DNA of 62,836 nt, counting the filler, from Dimargaris cristalligena (lineage: Eukaryota), in assembly GCA_003614675.1 (NCBI GenBank). It is 2 parts of 2 records of this genome, joined end to end, with 100 filler letters (N's around TTAATTAATTAA, not from the genome) between each part and the next. Parts side by side here need not be neighbours in the genome. Positions count along the whole stretch, not along the records: positions 1 to 31,375 come from ML002442.1; 1 more part is not named here. One strand, 5' to 3'. Positions 13,662-26,992 of this stretch are shown piece after piece; position 1 is the first letter of the stretch, and each line of letters begins with the position of its first letter. The position numbers were made by a program, and so were the translations under genes. The notes under the pieces were generated by a model. It was not told where the DNA came from. It saw only the letters and a list, made by a program, of their open reading frames with translations, and searched no databases.

Positions 13662-13899
13662 CTATTTGTCTTCGGGGATGTAGAGGGGAACGGTGCGTGG
13701 CACATAACGGTCGGTATTGTACACCGATTTGCCAACCTCCCAGCCGGGCACGTCCTTCATAATTTCGGCTTCGCGGGCCTTCATGGCTTCCTCCCGACGG
13801 TAGGTGTCCCGGTCCTGTTCGGCCTGCAGCAACGGCACCAGGTGGAGACGCGACCAAATCTTTTCGCGCTTCAGCTCACTGTAGATAGGAGGGACAAAA

Positions 13900-13933
<34 letters not shown>

Positions 13934-14323
13934 TGGTTCAAGATATAATAAAGCCAGTAACATACCATTTTAGAATGTATACAAATGTGTCGGAGTCGAC
14001 CCATCTCTAGGCCGCGGGGCTACAGGCTGGTTCACCTCTTGGTGCATCCCCCAATAAGGCCCAGAAGACGGCGGCTATTCCATTGGGAGGGCTGGGGGGT
14101 ATACATTCTAGTGACAATGCCCCGAATATAATAGTATCAATAGCTCCGCTTACCGCCATTCTTTCTTGGATTCCAAATGGTGGTACATGCCAAAGGACAC
14201 CACGCCCAATAGGCCCAGGAACAGGGCAGCACCGGAGGGGCCCCGCTTGGGCAGGTAGCGTTGGTACCGGAAGGCGGGGTACTTCCCGGGAGCCCCGATG
14301 TCTTGAGTGGGGATGGAGGACAT
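13662..14323 (-). CDS. NDUFA13: NADH:ubiquinone oxidoreductase subunit A13 (GRIM-19), 2 exons
   Basis: Exons 14323-14154 and 13878-13662 translate to YQRYLPKRGPSGAALFLG..ELKREKIWSRLHLVPLLQAEQDRD..EAEIMKDVPGWEVGKSVYNTDRY. Not captured in the ORF track. Confidence 0.93.
13901..13925. repeat. (AG)n microsatellite within the NDUFA13 intron
   Basis: Directly visible gagagaga run; it forms the polypyrimidine tract on the minus strand. Confidence 0.85.
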
Positions 14324-15561
14324 GCTGTGGATTTAATAAATGAATGAGAGTAGGTAATGGACAGAGGAGGAAACTAGTATAATAGCGGTCGAAAGAAGAG
14401 TGAATCTACTAGTAGTAGTACTACGGGGTAAAACGGAAGGAATGCAACCAGCACTGTTGTCAAGTCTAAAGGGGATAGGGATGGGCCTCGCTGACTTGGG
14501 TGGATATTGAATCTGATTGGCAAGAGGCGGAATGTAACGAGTAGTATAGCAGTGGTGGTGAACCGCGGCCGGATTCTATGCTTGTCGAGGGGGCCAGTGC
14601 CTTCTTTCCCTCTGGGTGGTGTGGGTTACGAATGGGGAGGAACGACCTTGGTTGCGGATGAATGGGGTGGGGGAGCTGGCTGGATAGTCCACGTGACTTT
14701 TATTTATCCCTGAAGCTGATGAAGGTATCTATCTAATGATGGAGGGGGGGAAGGGATCAAAGTAATATCTAGCAGATGTTTCAAAATTAAGCATTTCCAC
14801 TGCCATTCCTTGTATACCATTGAAACACATGTAGGTTGCCGGGTGGTTTGCAATACTAAGATGGCGATATTAACAGTGGCCTATGAAATGCAAACGTTCT
14901 CCTTGGTGACTATTTCCCCTACACAGGTCTAACCTAATCCAATCCAGCCCAATTAACCGAAAGTCCTGTATGATCAGGGGAAGTTGCTGCTATTTCTTCC
15001 AGGGGGGTTTAAAACCAAACCTGAGGGGTTTGAACCTCCTCCATAGGGTTAAGGGAATGGATAGTATATATCAACGGACTCGCCAATAGCCAGCCTCTAG
15101 ATAATAGTGACTTGGCCCTAATTCGTGCTGGGCCGATTTCCCCAAGCTACTACGCTGTTATCTGTAACATACTCCGCCCGTCTGTTTGGTGGAAGATACA
15201 GTCACAAGCTGCCCCACGCTTGCACGCCCCTCCAGGCCTAACTGGGCCAACAGCTGCCCTCGTTGTACCTTACCCTATATAGCCGAGCCTAGGAATCAAC
15301 CCAATGCTCCTGGTCTCTCCCATTTACCCCGAGGCCGGTTCTGTTTTTCTCTTTGCTCTACAGTCTTCGTTTATTTAGTCTTGGAAACCTCCGCATTACC
15401 TCCCTCCCCAAACACAAGCACAAATACGACCAACCCCCTTTAATTTATGGTTCTAGTGGCATTACCCCGCCAAGTTCCCCTTATCCAACTATATATATAT
15501 ATATATATATAGCCCTCCAGTCGCTTCAATTGTCCAGCCACCTCACCCATTCCTTGCCACC

Positions 15562-17155
15562 ATGTACCAGCTAGCGGAACCCGGCACGCCCCTCCACGAA
15601 ATCGTGGGTCAATTTCGGGCCCCCGTGCGGTTCGCCTTCGGTTACGGCAGCAGTGTCTTCAAACAAGCCCGCCAGGAGAAGGGTAATGAGGTAGGTCCCC
15701 AGTTTGTTTTTTTTGATTATTATTATTATTAAAAAAATAGTTTATCTATATAGTTGTATTGCGAGTGGCAGGTGGGTTTGCTAAACACCTTGGCCATGGG
15801 TGGCATGCCAAAGGGTGCAAGCCATTTAAATAGCCAATTTCGTATTGGGGGTGGTGGCCAACTTCCTGGTACTAAATTCCCCTGTATCCTTACCATTTGA
15901 TCATCCGTCACTAACATGGTACGTCTTAAATCCCATATTTTGTACCCGCCGATACTACTAGTCACTCGTGGACGTCATCCTTGCGGTTACGCATCCCCAG
16001 CACTGGCACTCCCTCAATATGCAGCAGAACCCCCACCACTACTCCGCTCTACGCCTACTCGGGAGTGCCGCCGTGAATTACGTTCAGGATCAAATAGGCG
16101 CCGGCGTCTACTTTAACCCCTATGTCAATATTAATGGAATGGTAACGTATTATATATATGTTCACGTATCTTGGTTTGGCAGCAGTATGGGAAGTCCACC
16201 CAACTTACCTGTCTCGGTCTAGTTTCCACAAATCGTATTTTTTGTGAAGCTCCCTCGGCTCCCATAAGCCCCGGGCTCTCTAAAGCTCCAATTCGACCAA
16301 CACCCCTCCCTTCGCTTATCCTGAATGCTCATTCATCCCATATCTAATTACCCTTCTTCCCTGCTTGATCCTATCCTTGCTTTTCTTCTTCATAACCCTC
16401 AGCGTTTGAAATACGGCGTAGTCTCCCTCAGTACCCTCTGCAGCGATCTAGTCAACTGGGACACCCTGTACCTCGCCGGCCGCATGCAAAAACCCATCAT
16501 GGTCCTCAAGAACGACTCCGTCATCAACATCACCGGCCAAGTGAACCTCACCAATGCCGTCCGCGTGGCCCTCCTCCAACTCCCCGCCTCCTTCACCGAG
16601 GAACAGTTCTTTACCAAAGTGGTCGCGCTGTCCTACACGGGGGATCCCCGGATGCGATTGGGGGAAAACCCGGACAAAGTACGGCATATTGTCCAGGGAC
16701 AACTACCGGAACTCCGCAACGTTTACCAGAGTGTGTTACGGGGTATGTCGAATGTGAGTGTGCCGGCGACGGGGGGAGCCGCGGGGTATCCCCTGATCCA
16801 GCAGGACCTGCACCCGACCACCATGGCCCGGATGGTGCGCCACCTCCCCGGGACGTTTTACTATCGCCTTACCCGCCAATTCCAAAAACAGGACCCGTCA
16901 GTGTTCGCTACCCCGCCCGCTTCGCCCCTGGCGGCTACCACCGAACCGGACGACTGGGACCACCTCGCCGCCCAGCGGCACGTCAGTCTCGGCATGGTGC
17001 AAAGTCCGGCCCTGGCGGCCTGTACCCAGGGCGCCATCCAAGCGACCGTAAGGGGTCCGGCCCTAACGCAGTCGCTGAAGGGCGTACTTACGGCCGGAAT
17101 CGGGCGGAGTATTCGCTACTCCCTTGATAAATTGCGGCGCTCCCGTCGGATATAG
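15562..17155 (+). CDS. TAM41: Mitochondrial phosphatidate cytidylyltransferase Tam41/Mmp37, at least 3 exons (start tentative)
   Basis: Exons 15562-15690 (FRAPVRFAFGYGSSVFKQ), 15962-16141 (WHSLNMQQNPHHYS..GAGVYFNPYV) and 16403-17155 (LKYGVVS..DLVNWDTLYLAGRMQKP..SYTGDPRM..GENPDKV..TQSLKGVLTAG). Confidence 0.93.
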
Positions 17156-18741
17156 GGTCCATCGGTTTGTTTATTTATTTATTTTCTCGGGGGAGGGGGC
17201 CGGGATGCAACCCTTCCTCTCTCTCCCTTACTTTCGCTGTTCTTCGCCCAGTTGGCGACGATAAAGACCGGTGAAGGGTAGAGAGGTGACCGATATATTA
17301 CCTCTTATCCCTTTTAGTATTACTAGGTATATTCATGCGTGCGTGGAAAGTCCGTGACTGCCGACCTCTGGTATAGGACCACGCTACCTCGAACGATGGT
17401 CTGCTGTTCTTACTTTCAACTATTTATTTAAATAAATATAGATGTTATGATTAATTATTATGGTATGTCAGTTGCTTTGTAATAATATAGTACACCTAAT
17501 GATTATTTAATGCTCTTATATGAATTTTTTTGCCAGGCCTTTTTTGATAGAAATAATGTGGGTGGATTTTAAAGTAGGGGTCTAGAAAATAATAATATTG
17601 GCTGCAATTGCTGGCCAGCGTATGAAGGGGTCAGAGAAGACGGTGGGTTGGATAGTTGGGGGTGTGATCGAAAAGGCCTAACGTAAGTGGTAAAATGGAA
17701 ATATATATTTTTGAATGGTATAACAACTCGGCAACATTTAGGAAAATATCCCAAGGGTAAAGTGTAATGGTGTGCAAAAATAACAAAGGACAATTCCAGT
17801 CTAAAAGTTGGCTCTATTTTCCGGTAAGATAGGGGAGAGATATATAGAGGTATACACCATGTTTATGGTCACATTTACTGACCCAACCAGGTCATACACC
17901 AACCAGAAAATTCAATTTGTACAGCCTGACTAGATACTAAGCAATTGTTGATGAAGAATGAATACGTGAACGAGTTTATGGAAATATTCTAAACCTATTC
18001 ATAAATTTATTCACCCCGACCCCATGTCCCAAAGAAGTGAATTGCGGAAACTATATTTACATTGGTTGTCAGTATGGGAGGCCATTCTCACCCATGCCAT
18101 TATTAATAACACAGAAAGGGAATACTATATATGGGTAGAGGGATACAGGGGGGCCGGTATACTTGGCGGAGGCTCTTTACTGGCAGACTAAGTTATGTAT
18201 AATTCCCCCATTCGGGCATACTTAGGTCCGGTTGTAAAGTATTTAGAACGAAGCATAGTCGGGGAAATAACTAGGCCATATGCTTCTAAAGTCCGAATTA
18301 CATACATTATTAAAAAAACTATTATTAAACACCAGGGCGGAACCCCCCCGCCATCCCAAACTAGGCTCCTGGTTGTCCTTTACTACACTAGAGTGAAGGA
18401 CATAGCAATCAGCGTCAGTTGATTGGCATCGAACTACCAATAGTGTAGAAGATTTTCCTGGCTCTGAAATAACCGGGAGGGACGAATGAATCTTCCAGGT
18501 TGGAGCGTATTTCCAATATCAACTTACATTGGATTCCACTTTTTTTGGTGTACCCTTTGCCTATTTCTTTAAATAACCGACCAGTATATCCATAACTCCT
18601 ACTTTCTTTAAACAAGAGAAGTAAGTATATTGGAAGTTATTTATATAGTGTTGAGGTCAAAGGCTGCGGGCTCCCCCGACGTCTTCCATCACTGGGCATA
18701 TTCCCTCCACTTATTCGGCCCAATAATACATGGGGCGAAAT

Positions 18742-19311
18742 CTAAATTGGCGGCTTACTTGTGGGCGTCGGTAACCAGTTAAAAAAAATATAATACCGCG
18801 GGGCTGATCCAGCCGGTAAACAACCGGATTGCGCGCGGTTAATACAGTGACTTGTACAATTCGGAACGGGGTTAGATTTTAAATCGCAGCAGGAGTACTT
18901 TTGGCCGAGACAGCACGCCTGGTGCCTGACAATACACCGGAGCTGGTCAAAAGCAGCCCCACATGACTTACATTTATGCCGGTTTTTTCGTTGGTGGTTC
19001 TTGATATGGCATTTCAATTCATTCTTATCGCTAAATAGGCGCAGACGAAGGTGGCGACAGTTGAGGGTTGGGCTGGGCTTGTTGGGTACGAGGGTAGGGC
19101 TAGGACTGCTGGGTACGGGGGTTGGGTCAGTAATATAACTATCATCGTCTATATCCATTGCCCAATCCTCGTCTACAACCACTGTCCTATCCTCATCTAT
19201 ATCCATCGCCCAATCTTCCTCTACACTGTCCTGATTGATATCCATTAGGTCAGATACGCTGATCTCCGGGGTATACTCGTCGTCAGTATTCATGAACATA
19301 TTGGAGGGCAT
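18742..19311 (-). CDS. Small intronless protein with acidic repeats and degenerate C2H2 zinc fingers
   Basis: 189-aa ORF with HKCKSCGAAFDQLRCIVRH and ..LFSDKNELKCHIKNH, repeated EDWAMDID motif, and a TATATAAAA on the minus strand at about 19401-19409. Confidence 0.55.
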   Translation of the reverse strand: MPSNMFMNTDDEYTPEISVSDLMDINQDSVEEDWAMDIDEDRTVVVDEDWAMDIDDDSYITDPTPVPSSPSPTLVPNKPSPTLNCRHLRLRLFSDKNELKCHIKNHQRKNRHKCKSCGAAFDQLRCIVRHQACCLGQKYSCCDLKSNPVPNCTSHCINRAQSGCLPAGSAPRYYIFFNWLPTPTSKPPI

Positions 19312-21719
19312 TGGGGTCTTAATTGAATCGGGTTAAGAGGAGGTAGATATAAGGGAATGTGAAGCTGTGTTGTATTAGTAATGGAAGGAAGTCCCCCGCT
19401 TTTTATATATGCAAGTATCCCAGAAGGCTATCTGGACTATGGCTGGCCCCCACCTCGAAAATATTGTATACTTCAGGCTACGTAGTATGATGAATCGGCA
19501 GATCCGCCCGTATTGTCCTAGCTTTTGGGGGTTGGTGGGCCTTTTTTGTGGGTTTGCAAAAGGAAACCATTCGCATATCCACGGTCCATTATGGGAGGGT
19601 GGTAATTGTCCCTGGCCTTCTTCGGGCTTACCGTGGTTCTACCAAAAAAATATATATTCTTTTTGAAATCAATTGTGACGTGGGGATCATGAAGCCATTG
19701 ACCATAGCCATTGCTGACAGCACTAGTACAAAGATGAAATATTCGCCAAGGGACGAGGAATTAGGGGGCATTTCGATGTTCCAGCCAAACCACCGCTAGA
19801 CAAATTCATGGACGCCAGTGCTCCTCGTTTGGACAAAGCTCGCCTTATGATCAAAATTCAGCCCATTCATTCTTAGCATAAGCAAATGACTGTTCGATTC
19901 TTTTGAAATCGGGAGACAACCCACCGAGTTAGTAATAAATATGGTTTTAGGGCGATGGTCCATGTTATCATCAAACTGAAACCGCATTGTAGAATTGAGT
20001 ACTTAGTTAATTGACCTCCTACCACACTTCCTGCATTGCCGAGGCCTGACCTATTCCCAAAGACCAATCCCATCTAATAATGATTTAGCAGACTAAAATA
20101 TTGAGTTAATAGCCATTTAACAACTTTAAAACAATCAACGCCAGTAAACTATTATTATAGGATTTTGGATAATACCATTGCTAATTAAGTTCAATGGTAA
20201 TTTTCAACGCCTACACTGCTCGCTTGCTACCGATTCGCCTCTCCTTAGTTCGCATGGTACTGAAGCTCGATAGGGACAATTCAATGAAATAGGATTACCG
20301 TGAAGCTAAGTTTCCTTGTCTTCACCCATACAAGGGCGATTTACAAAAATAGTTGATGTCTATAGCCATTGATGGCGTCTTCTAGGCTGGGTGCAGTTAC
20401 GGATGAGCAGGAACGTTAAACTCGACCCCATTATTATTGGGCTTGCCATGTTGATATATTCTGGCACATAATCCATCAGCATAGCTAATGCTATTCGTAT
20501 AATGATTGTAGTCCTTCCCTACCGCCTTTTGTATATGGTTGGTGGTCTATGGAATGGAGGGTTTAATGACCTACATGATACTCCTGTGCGACTGATCTCT
20601 AAAGACGGACATGGCTTTGGGTCCGTTTTTGCGGCTATTCATGGTTGGAGGCAGTGGGGTCCTTTCGTAGGAATCAACGGGGGAAAAGGTGCAGTTGGAT
20701 TCCGGCTGTACTAGTGCCATGGTATCACTGGGATTTTGGTTACCACGAGGCTATACTTTGGGAGTAAAAATAATGGATTTTTCCACTAGGGTTTGCCAGT
20801 CCTGAATAGGTCCGGTCTGTTTGTAAAATAGGGACATCATTTCGAGGAGTATGCCTGCGACCAGTTAATACGAACATCCTATTCATCATTTTATGTAGGT
20901 TGCATTTCATATGGGCACCATTGGTTGGCAGGGTGTGGATAGTTTTTTATTAATGCTCAGGTCATAAAGACGTTTAATCCACATCAGCTGGATTTCATAA
21001 AATGTATCCGTTAAATCAATAACGAAGACAGTTGTAGTCTAGTTCGAAATCTGTAGTCCAAAAGGGATTATAAATTAGTTGGCAGTTAAGGGGTGTGTGG
21101 CCTGGGGCTTTTAGAGGTTGCCAGCGACAACACCCATTTCTCTATAATCACTATTTCCAAAGGTACAGGGGCTAAACATCATTTAGGATGAGCCGGAGTG
21201 GCTGCGGCCACTTAATGCCGAGGGGGGTAGTTGACACAGTATTTATTATTTTCCCCTGATAGCCTAATCTAGTATCCGTTGCACCTTCATTAACTGAAGC
21301 ATAATAATATACCTAGGACTATATATAGGGGATACTCCATTAGAGGCCCTGTCGGCCAATTTTTGGAAAAGCAAAGTCTAGGCTTGAAGTCCAAAGTGCC
21401 AAAAACCCACCACACATTCCCCATCCAGTAGGGTGCGAAAACCAAAGGGTAACTCAACTCCTCCATTTCCCCATCTTCCTCAGTAAAGTTCTCGAAAGGG
21501 TGGCTCTTTATCTCCCCGAGTGCGCCAGTGTGTCTGACCCCACTCTTGGAATTCCCCGCCTCCTCCTCTTCTAAACAACCTACTTGGTCATCCCCATTTT
21601 TATTCTTGACTTATTCCCATTTCATCTCTAGACCAGAGTCGGTCCATCCCTCCCCGTTCCGAAATAGTCTACCTAGGCCGTACTCTCTCCCCCGCTTCCT
21701 AGTATCTATTCCCGCCAAC

Positions 21720-24700
21720 ATGTCCATGCGTGGGCTGACCGTATTTATTGCGGACCTTCGAAAATGTAAGTTCCGGGCAGGTTCCCCAGCGGCATTCACA
21801 TTGTCCTCGGTGGTCGTATAAATCGCCAATGACCCATCATCCCCCGGGACCTCGAGACCCCTCTTCCAAATAAGAAGGCGAAGGGGAGGGGTTGGCTGGG
21901 TGGGGGGGTCTTTAGTGGTCCTGGAATCGCCCGAGCCCCGCTAGGTGCTTGCGGGCCTTTCCCCTCTTTAGACCCCCTTAAAATGACACCCAGGGCGTTG
22001 TTTGAGCATTCCCTAACTCTGTTAAATGTTCCAACTGAACCGCAATTTTACCGCTCCAAATTATTTAGGTCGTATCCACGAACTCGAAGAGAAGCGAATC
22101 AACAAAGAAATGGCCAATATCCGGGCCAAATTCAAAGGTAGGTTCTCGTTACGCCCTTTAAATACCGTTAAGCCCTTTGAGTTATGGGGATCTAACGTCA
22201 CCCCGCACCTATCAACCCCCGGGCTTGCGGAACCCATAAATGGCTAAACTAATCATTTATACGATCACGCATACCAAACTCTGTCCATTGAATTAGAATC
22301 GAATCTCAAGGGGTATCAGAAGAAGAAATACGTTTGCAAGTTATTGTACATGTATATCCTCGGCTGGGATATTGATTTTGGTCATGCCGAGGCGGTTAAT
22401 TTGATTTCCAGTAACAAGTTTAGTGAAAAGCAGATGGTAGGTGCCTGGTTTTACTCTTTTATTATTTTTGTGAATGACCCTGGCGGGCTAACCCACACAT
22501 TCCGGAGCGAGTGTGCCTTCAACTGTCCGTATTTCCAAATGTAGAATGTCATATATATATTTATATTGACTGTTCCATTCGCGATATTTGATTTTTTTTA
22601 TCTATAATCTTTCCAATACATATCGGCACACCCAGGGCTATCTCGCCGTGACCCTACTATTGACTGAGAACAGCGATCTGATTCGCCTCGTAGTCAATTC
22701 TATTCGCAAGGACCTGGACTCCCAAAATGAACTATTTAATTGCCTGGCCTTGCATGCCATTGCTAATATCGGGGGTCGTGAAATGGCCGAAACTGTGTCC
22801 GGCGAAGTTCAAAAGCTGCTTATATCTCCGTAAGTACCACCCAGAGGCATATTTTCTCAACTTGCTTTTTATTGACTCCCATCCGGCCCAGTTGCGGCTT
22901 CGACAACGGTTGGATAGTTTCATGTCTAGCAGCCTTTATCATTTCGGCCTCGGATATCCTCCGAATATACTATGATCTAGTCATATTTACCGTTTTCCCT
23001 TCGTCGATCATACCCACGCTTCCCATCCCCCTACCCCGACACTACAGAATCTCCAAAAGTTTCGTCAAAAAGAAGGCGGCGCTGTGCTTACTACGTCTTT
23101 TTCGAAAACACTCCGACGTCCTTCCGGCAGTAGAGTGGGCCGAACGCATTCTTCCTATTCTCGACGATCCTGACATTGTAAGTTACCCGATCAATATTAT
23201 CTTAATTGGCTTACTGTATAGTCTTTTAATAGCCCATAGAACACCGTCAATCTTTTAAATTATATAAAAAAACCCTGTCGGATCTGAACTAATTAATGCC
23301 AAAATTACACTGGACTTTTTCTTCTAAATTTCCTATTCTATTTGCTAGGGCGTTGCTACATCGGCTGCCTCGCTCATCACAGCGCTAGCCCAGCAATATC
23401 CTCAACAATATGCCATGTGCGTCCCAAAAGCGATCCGACGCCTATACCGAGTAAGTAGATGGCAATACGATGGCCTGTTTTCGTATACCCGAGGCTAGCA
23501 GGATCTGTCTGCATTCATTGAATCCAATGGCCAACAGACCCATTATCTAAGTACTAACCTGCTCTCAAATTTATGTGAATCAATGTGAACAACTAGGCTG
23601 TGATCGACAAGGAATATATTGCTGATTACGTGTACTACAAAGTACCTGCACCATGGCTCCAGGTCAAACTCCTACGCCTTTTACAGTACTATCCTATTCC
23701 AGGTAAGTAACCTTGATCTTACTTACATGGTTCCTTTATATTGCAGGGGTTCGTCTGAAACTCAACTCTGTATTTACTGGCAGGCTCCTTTGGCAGTGTA
23801 GACAGGCGCCTCTTTGTATTCGAGACGATTTTTAAAAGCAACTTTACCAACTCTTCTATACACATTACCCCCTTATTTGATAATCCCCCTACTTGATCGA
23901 ACTACCGTTTTTCATCTGGCAGACGATGAGGCTTTGCGAACCCGCATTCTCACTGTCCTCCATGCCATCGTGCAAAATTCACGAGACATTCCCCGGAATA
24001 TCCAACATGCCAACGCCCTACACGCCATTCTATTTGAAGCCATCAATTTGATTATCCATATTGGTTGTGAACCTGAGCTCCTGGCCCAATCGGCATTCCT
24101 CTTGGGGCGTTTCATTGCCTCTAAGGAAACCAATGTCCGGTATCTGGGTCTCGAAACCATGGCCCACTTGGCGGGAGCCCTGGACAATTTAGATCCGATC
24201 AAAAAGCACCAAGACCTCATCATGGCCTCGCTGCGGGACCGGGATGTGAGCGTGCGCCGCCGGGGACTCGATCTGCTCTACAGTATGTGTGATGTGGGCA
24301 ATTCCCGGGTCATTGTCCGGGAACTGCTCCGTTATTTACCCATGGCCGACTACGCCCTGCGTGAGGAAATGGTGCTCAAAATTGCCATTTTGACGGAAAA
24401 GTTCGCCACGGAATACCAGTGGTACATTGATACGATTATGAAGTTGCTGAGCACGGCGGGTGACCAAGTTGGAGAGGAGATCTGGTACCGCCTTATCCAA
24501 ATTGTGTTGAGTAACGAGAGTCTACAGGAATACGCCGCCCGGGTTGTGCTCAGTGCCCTTCGGTCCCCGCACTGCCACGAGAACGCGCTCAAGGTAGGGG
24601 CCTACGTACTGGGTGAGTTTGGGCACCTCATCGCCAACGAAACGGGGTGCAGTCCAATGGAACAGTTCAAGGCCCTCCATGCCCGGTTCTCGACCGCGTC

Positions 24701-26216
24701 GTTGGATACCAAGGTGATGCTCCTCACCACTTACCTCAAGTTCGTGAACCTCTTCCCCGAAATCAAGGAAGCCTGCGTTCGGGTCTTTGAGCGCTACCGT
24801 TACGCACTCCATATTGAGCTACAACAACGGGCCTGTGAGTACTATAATATTGCCACCCGTGATTCGGATGATCTGTTGCAAACCATCTGCGAAGAAATGC
24901 CCCCCTTCCCCGTGCGGGAGTCGGCGCTGGTGTCCCGGCTGCAGAAACAACACCTCGACACGGAGGATAAGCGTACCTGGGTGGTGGGCGGTAAGGAAGC
25001 CAATATTGAACTTAAATCCCAGGATGGCCGGTCGATTCAGAACCAAGGCCGGGCAGCTGGCACCATTATTACTAATGCTACTCTAGCGGCGGCTGCGGCC
25101 GCGGCGGGTAGTCACTCCGCTTCGGATACGGCAATGGCCGGAAATGGCGGACCCCAGGCCGGCGAGGTCGACCTCCTAAACTTACACGAGGATTTGAGCA
25201 GCCTGGTGTTGGTGTCTAAGAACCTGGACTCGACCGACCCTAGTTCAGAGGCTGACTCGCCCCTCCAACTGGGGGTGGCCGGCACCGGTTTCCAGCGGTT
25301 GCTCTACACCACCCAGGGAGTGCTCTATGAAGACGACGACCTGCAAATTGGGATTAAATCCGAGTTCCACGGTTACCAGGGTCGGTTGGTGATTTACACC
25401 GGCAACCAAACGGGTGATGTCCTGAACTCCTTTACCCTGACCGTGCACAGTGCCCCGCACCTTAAGGCCACCACGGTGCAGGCGGCCCCCAATCTGATCC
25501 AACCCTTCGCTCAGGCGCCTTACCTGTTGAACCTCGAATGTCAGGATCTATTCCCAACCGCCCCTGTGATTCAGCTTACCTATTGTAAGGGCAATCCGTC
25601 CAGCACCACCCCTGGCGGGGGTGGCGACCACTCCACGACCGGCACCGGAAACGGAACGGGAAGTACCCCCACCTCCCTTTTTGTTCAACTTCCCGTCGCA
25701 TTGACGAAATTCGTCGAACCCTTCCACATGCCCGCCGCGGACTTCTTCGGACGCTGGCGCCAAATTGGGACGGGTAAGCGGGAGTCCCAGTCCGTATTCA
25801 AAGCCCCTGAGACCTTCCAGAAGGAACCGCACCGGGCCCTGTTGCGCGGCCTAGGCTTTGCTCTGTTGGATGACGCTGATCCTAACGAAAATAACCTGGT
25901 GGGGGTAGGCATTTTCGTCACCGTGACCGAGAAGATTGGCTGTCTGATGCGGCTTGAGCCCAGCATTGAGCACCAGGTAAGTAGAGTGGCAAAATAAGAG
26001 GGAATATATAGATACATATATTAACTGGTCCGAATGGTGCGATACTAATGAAAGAACATGTGAACTAATCCATGTTATTATTCAAATACCTTTGCCTATT
26101 TTGTATTTGATGACACGCAGATGTACCGATTAACTGTTCGGACTACCAGCGACAAACTCTCGTTGGTGATGCGTGAACATATTGAAGAGATGGTTGAGTC
26201 ACTGCAGTCTTACTAG
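21720..26216 (+). CDS. APL3: AP-2 adaptor complex alpha subunit (alpha-adaptin), multi-exon
   Basis: [84 protein letters not shown], appendage domain ..GCLMRLEP. Final exon 26121-26216 reads MYRLTVRTT..*. Confidence 0.96.
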
Positions 26217-26970
26217 GCAAAACCTTTCTTTTATTTTATTTTCATTCTGTAATTGATCCCATCCAGGTCATTTATAATCAGGATCGTCATTACCCGACTA
26301 GTAGACGGTATAGCGGTGTATGTCTTTTTGGGCGGCCTATTTACCATACGTTCTATTATCGCCAACCCCCCGACATATGGCCATTATTATACACCCACGA
26401 CAAGCAACCATATTTCGGGGGGACCTTTGTTTTCTTTTCCCCCTCCCGTAGATATCCCCTCCCCCTTATTCACTCGCTTCAATAAATTTAAGCCAATTAA
26501 TACTATTCTTATTTTTAAAAACAACGCAGTTTAGTTTAGTACACTTATGACTAGAGGAAAAGTTCAGTTGAACTGCGGTTGTTTTGGAATGAGAAAATCA
26601 AGGGAATGAGTAGAAGATTAACCCTTACAAGTTGCGCCCAGTCAACGAGCTCTCCGCATACCCGCACGCGATTGTTTTGGCCGTCACATAAAAGATCTAA
26701 ATTGTTGGGAGGAGTAGACGTAGTGGAACTGCTGTGACAGGGCATGGGTTGGATTGGTTTGGTTTGCACCCAAAGACAGGGGAATACGTAAGTAAAGTAT
26801 ACAGGAACTATTCCGTTCCCTTTTACTATTGTTATTTGGCCAGCCTACACTCGAGAAGACCGGGAAAATGCCACTTTTACATAAACGAATTATTAATGCT
26901 GCTAATTTACATAGTATCCCTCCTAATTCTTAAGAATAGCGTTAACAATTTAGATTTTTTTTTAAATAAA

Positions 26971-26992
26971 CACACACACACACACACACACA
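26971..26992. repeat. (CA)n microsatellite
   Basis: Directly visible. Confidence 0.85.

Noticed and set aside
15015-15050. B-box-like GGTTCAAACCC on the minus strand
   Set aside because: No acceptor, D or anticodon stems could be folded around it, so it is not called as a tRNA.
19400-21500. Short ORFs and possible decayed coding fragments
   Set aside because: No identifiable protein motif in the frames I examined.
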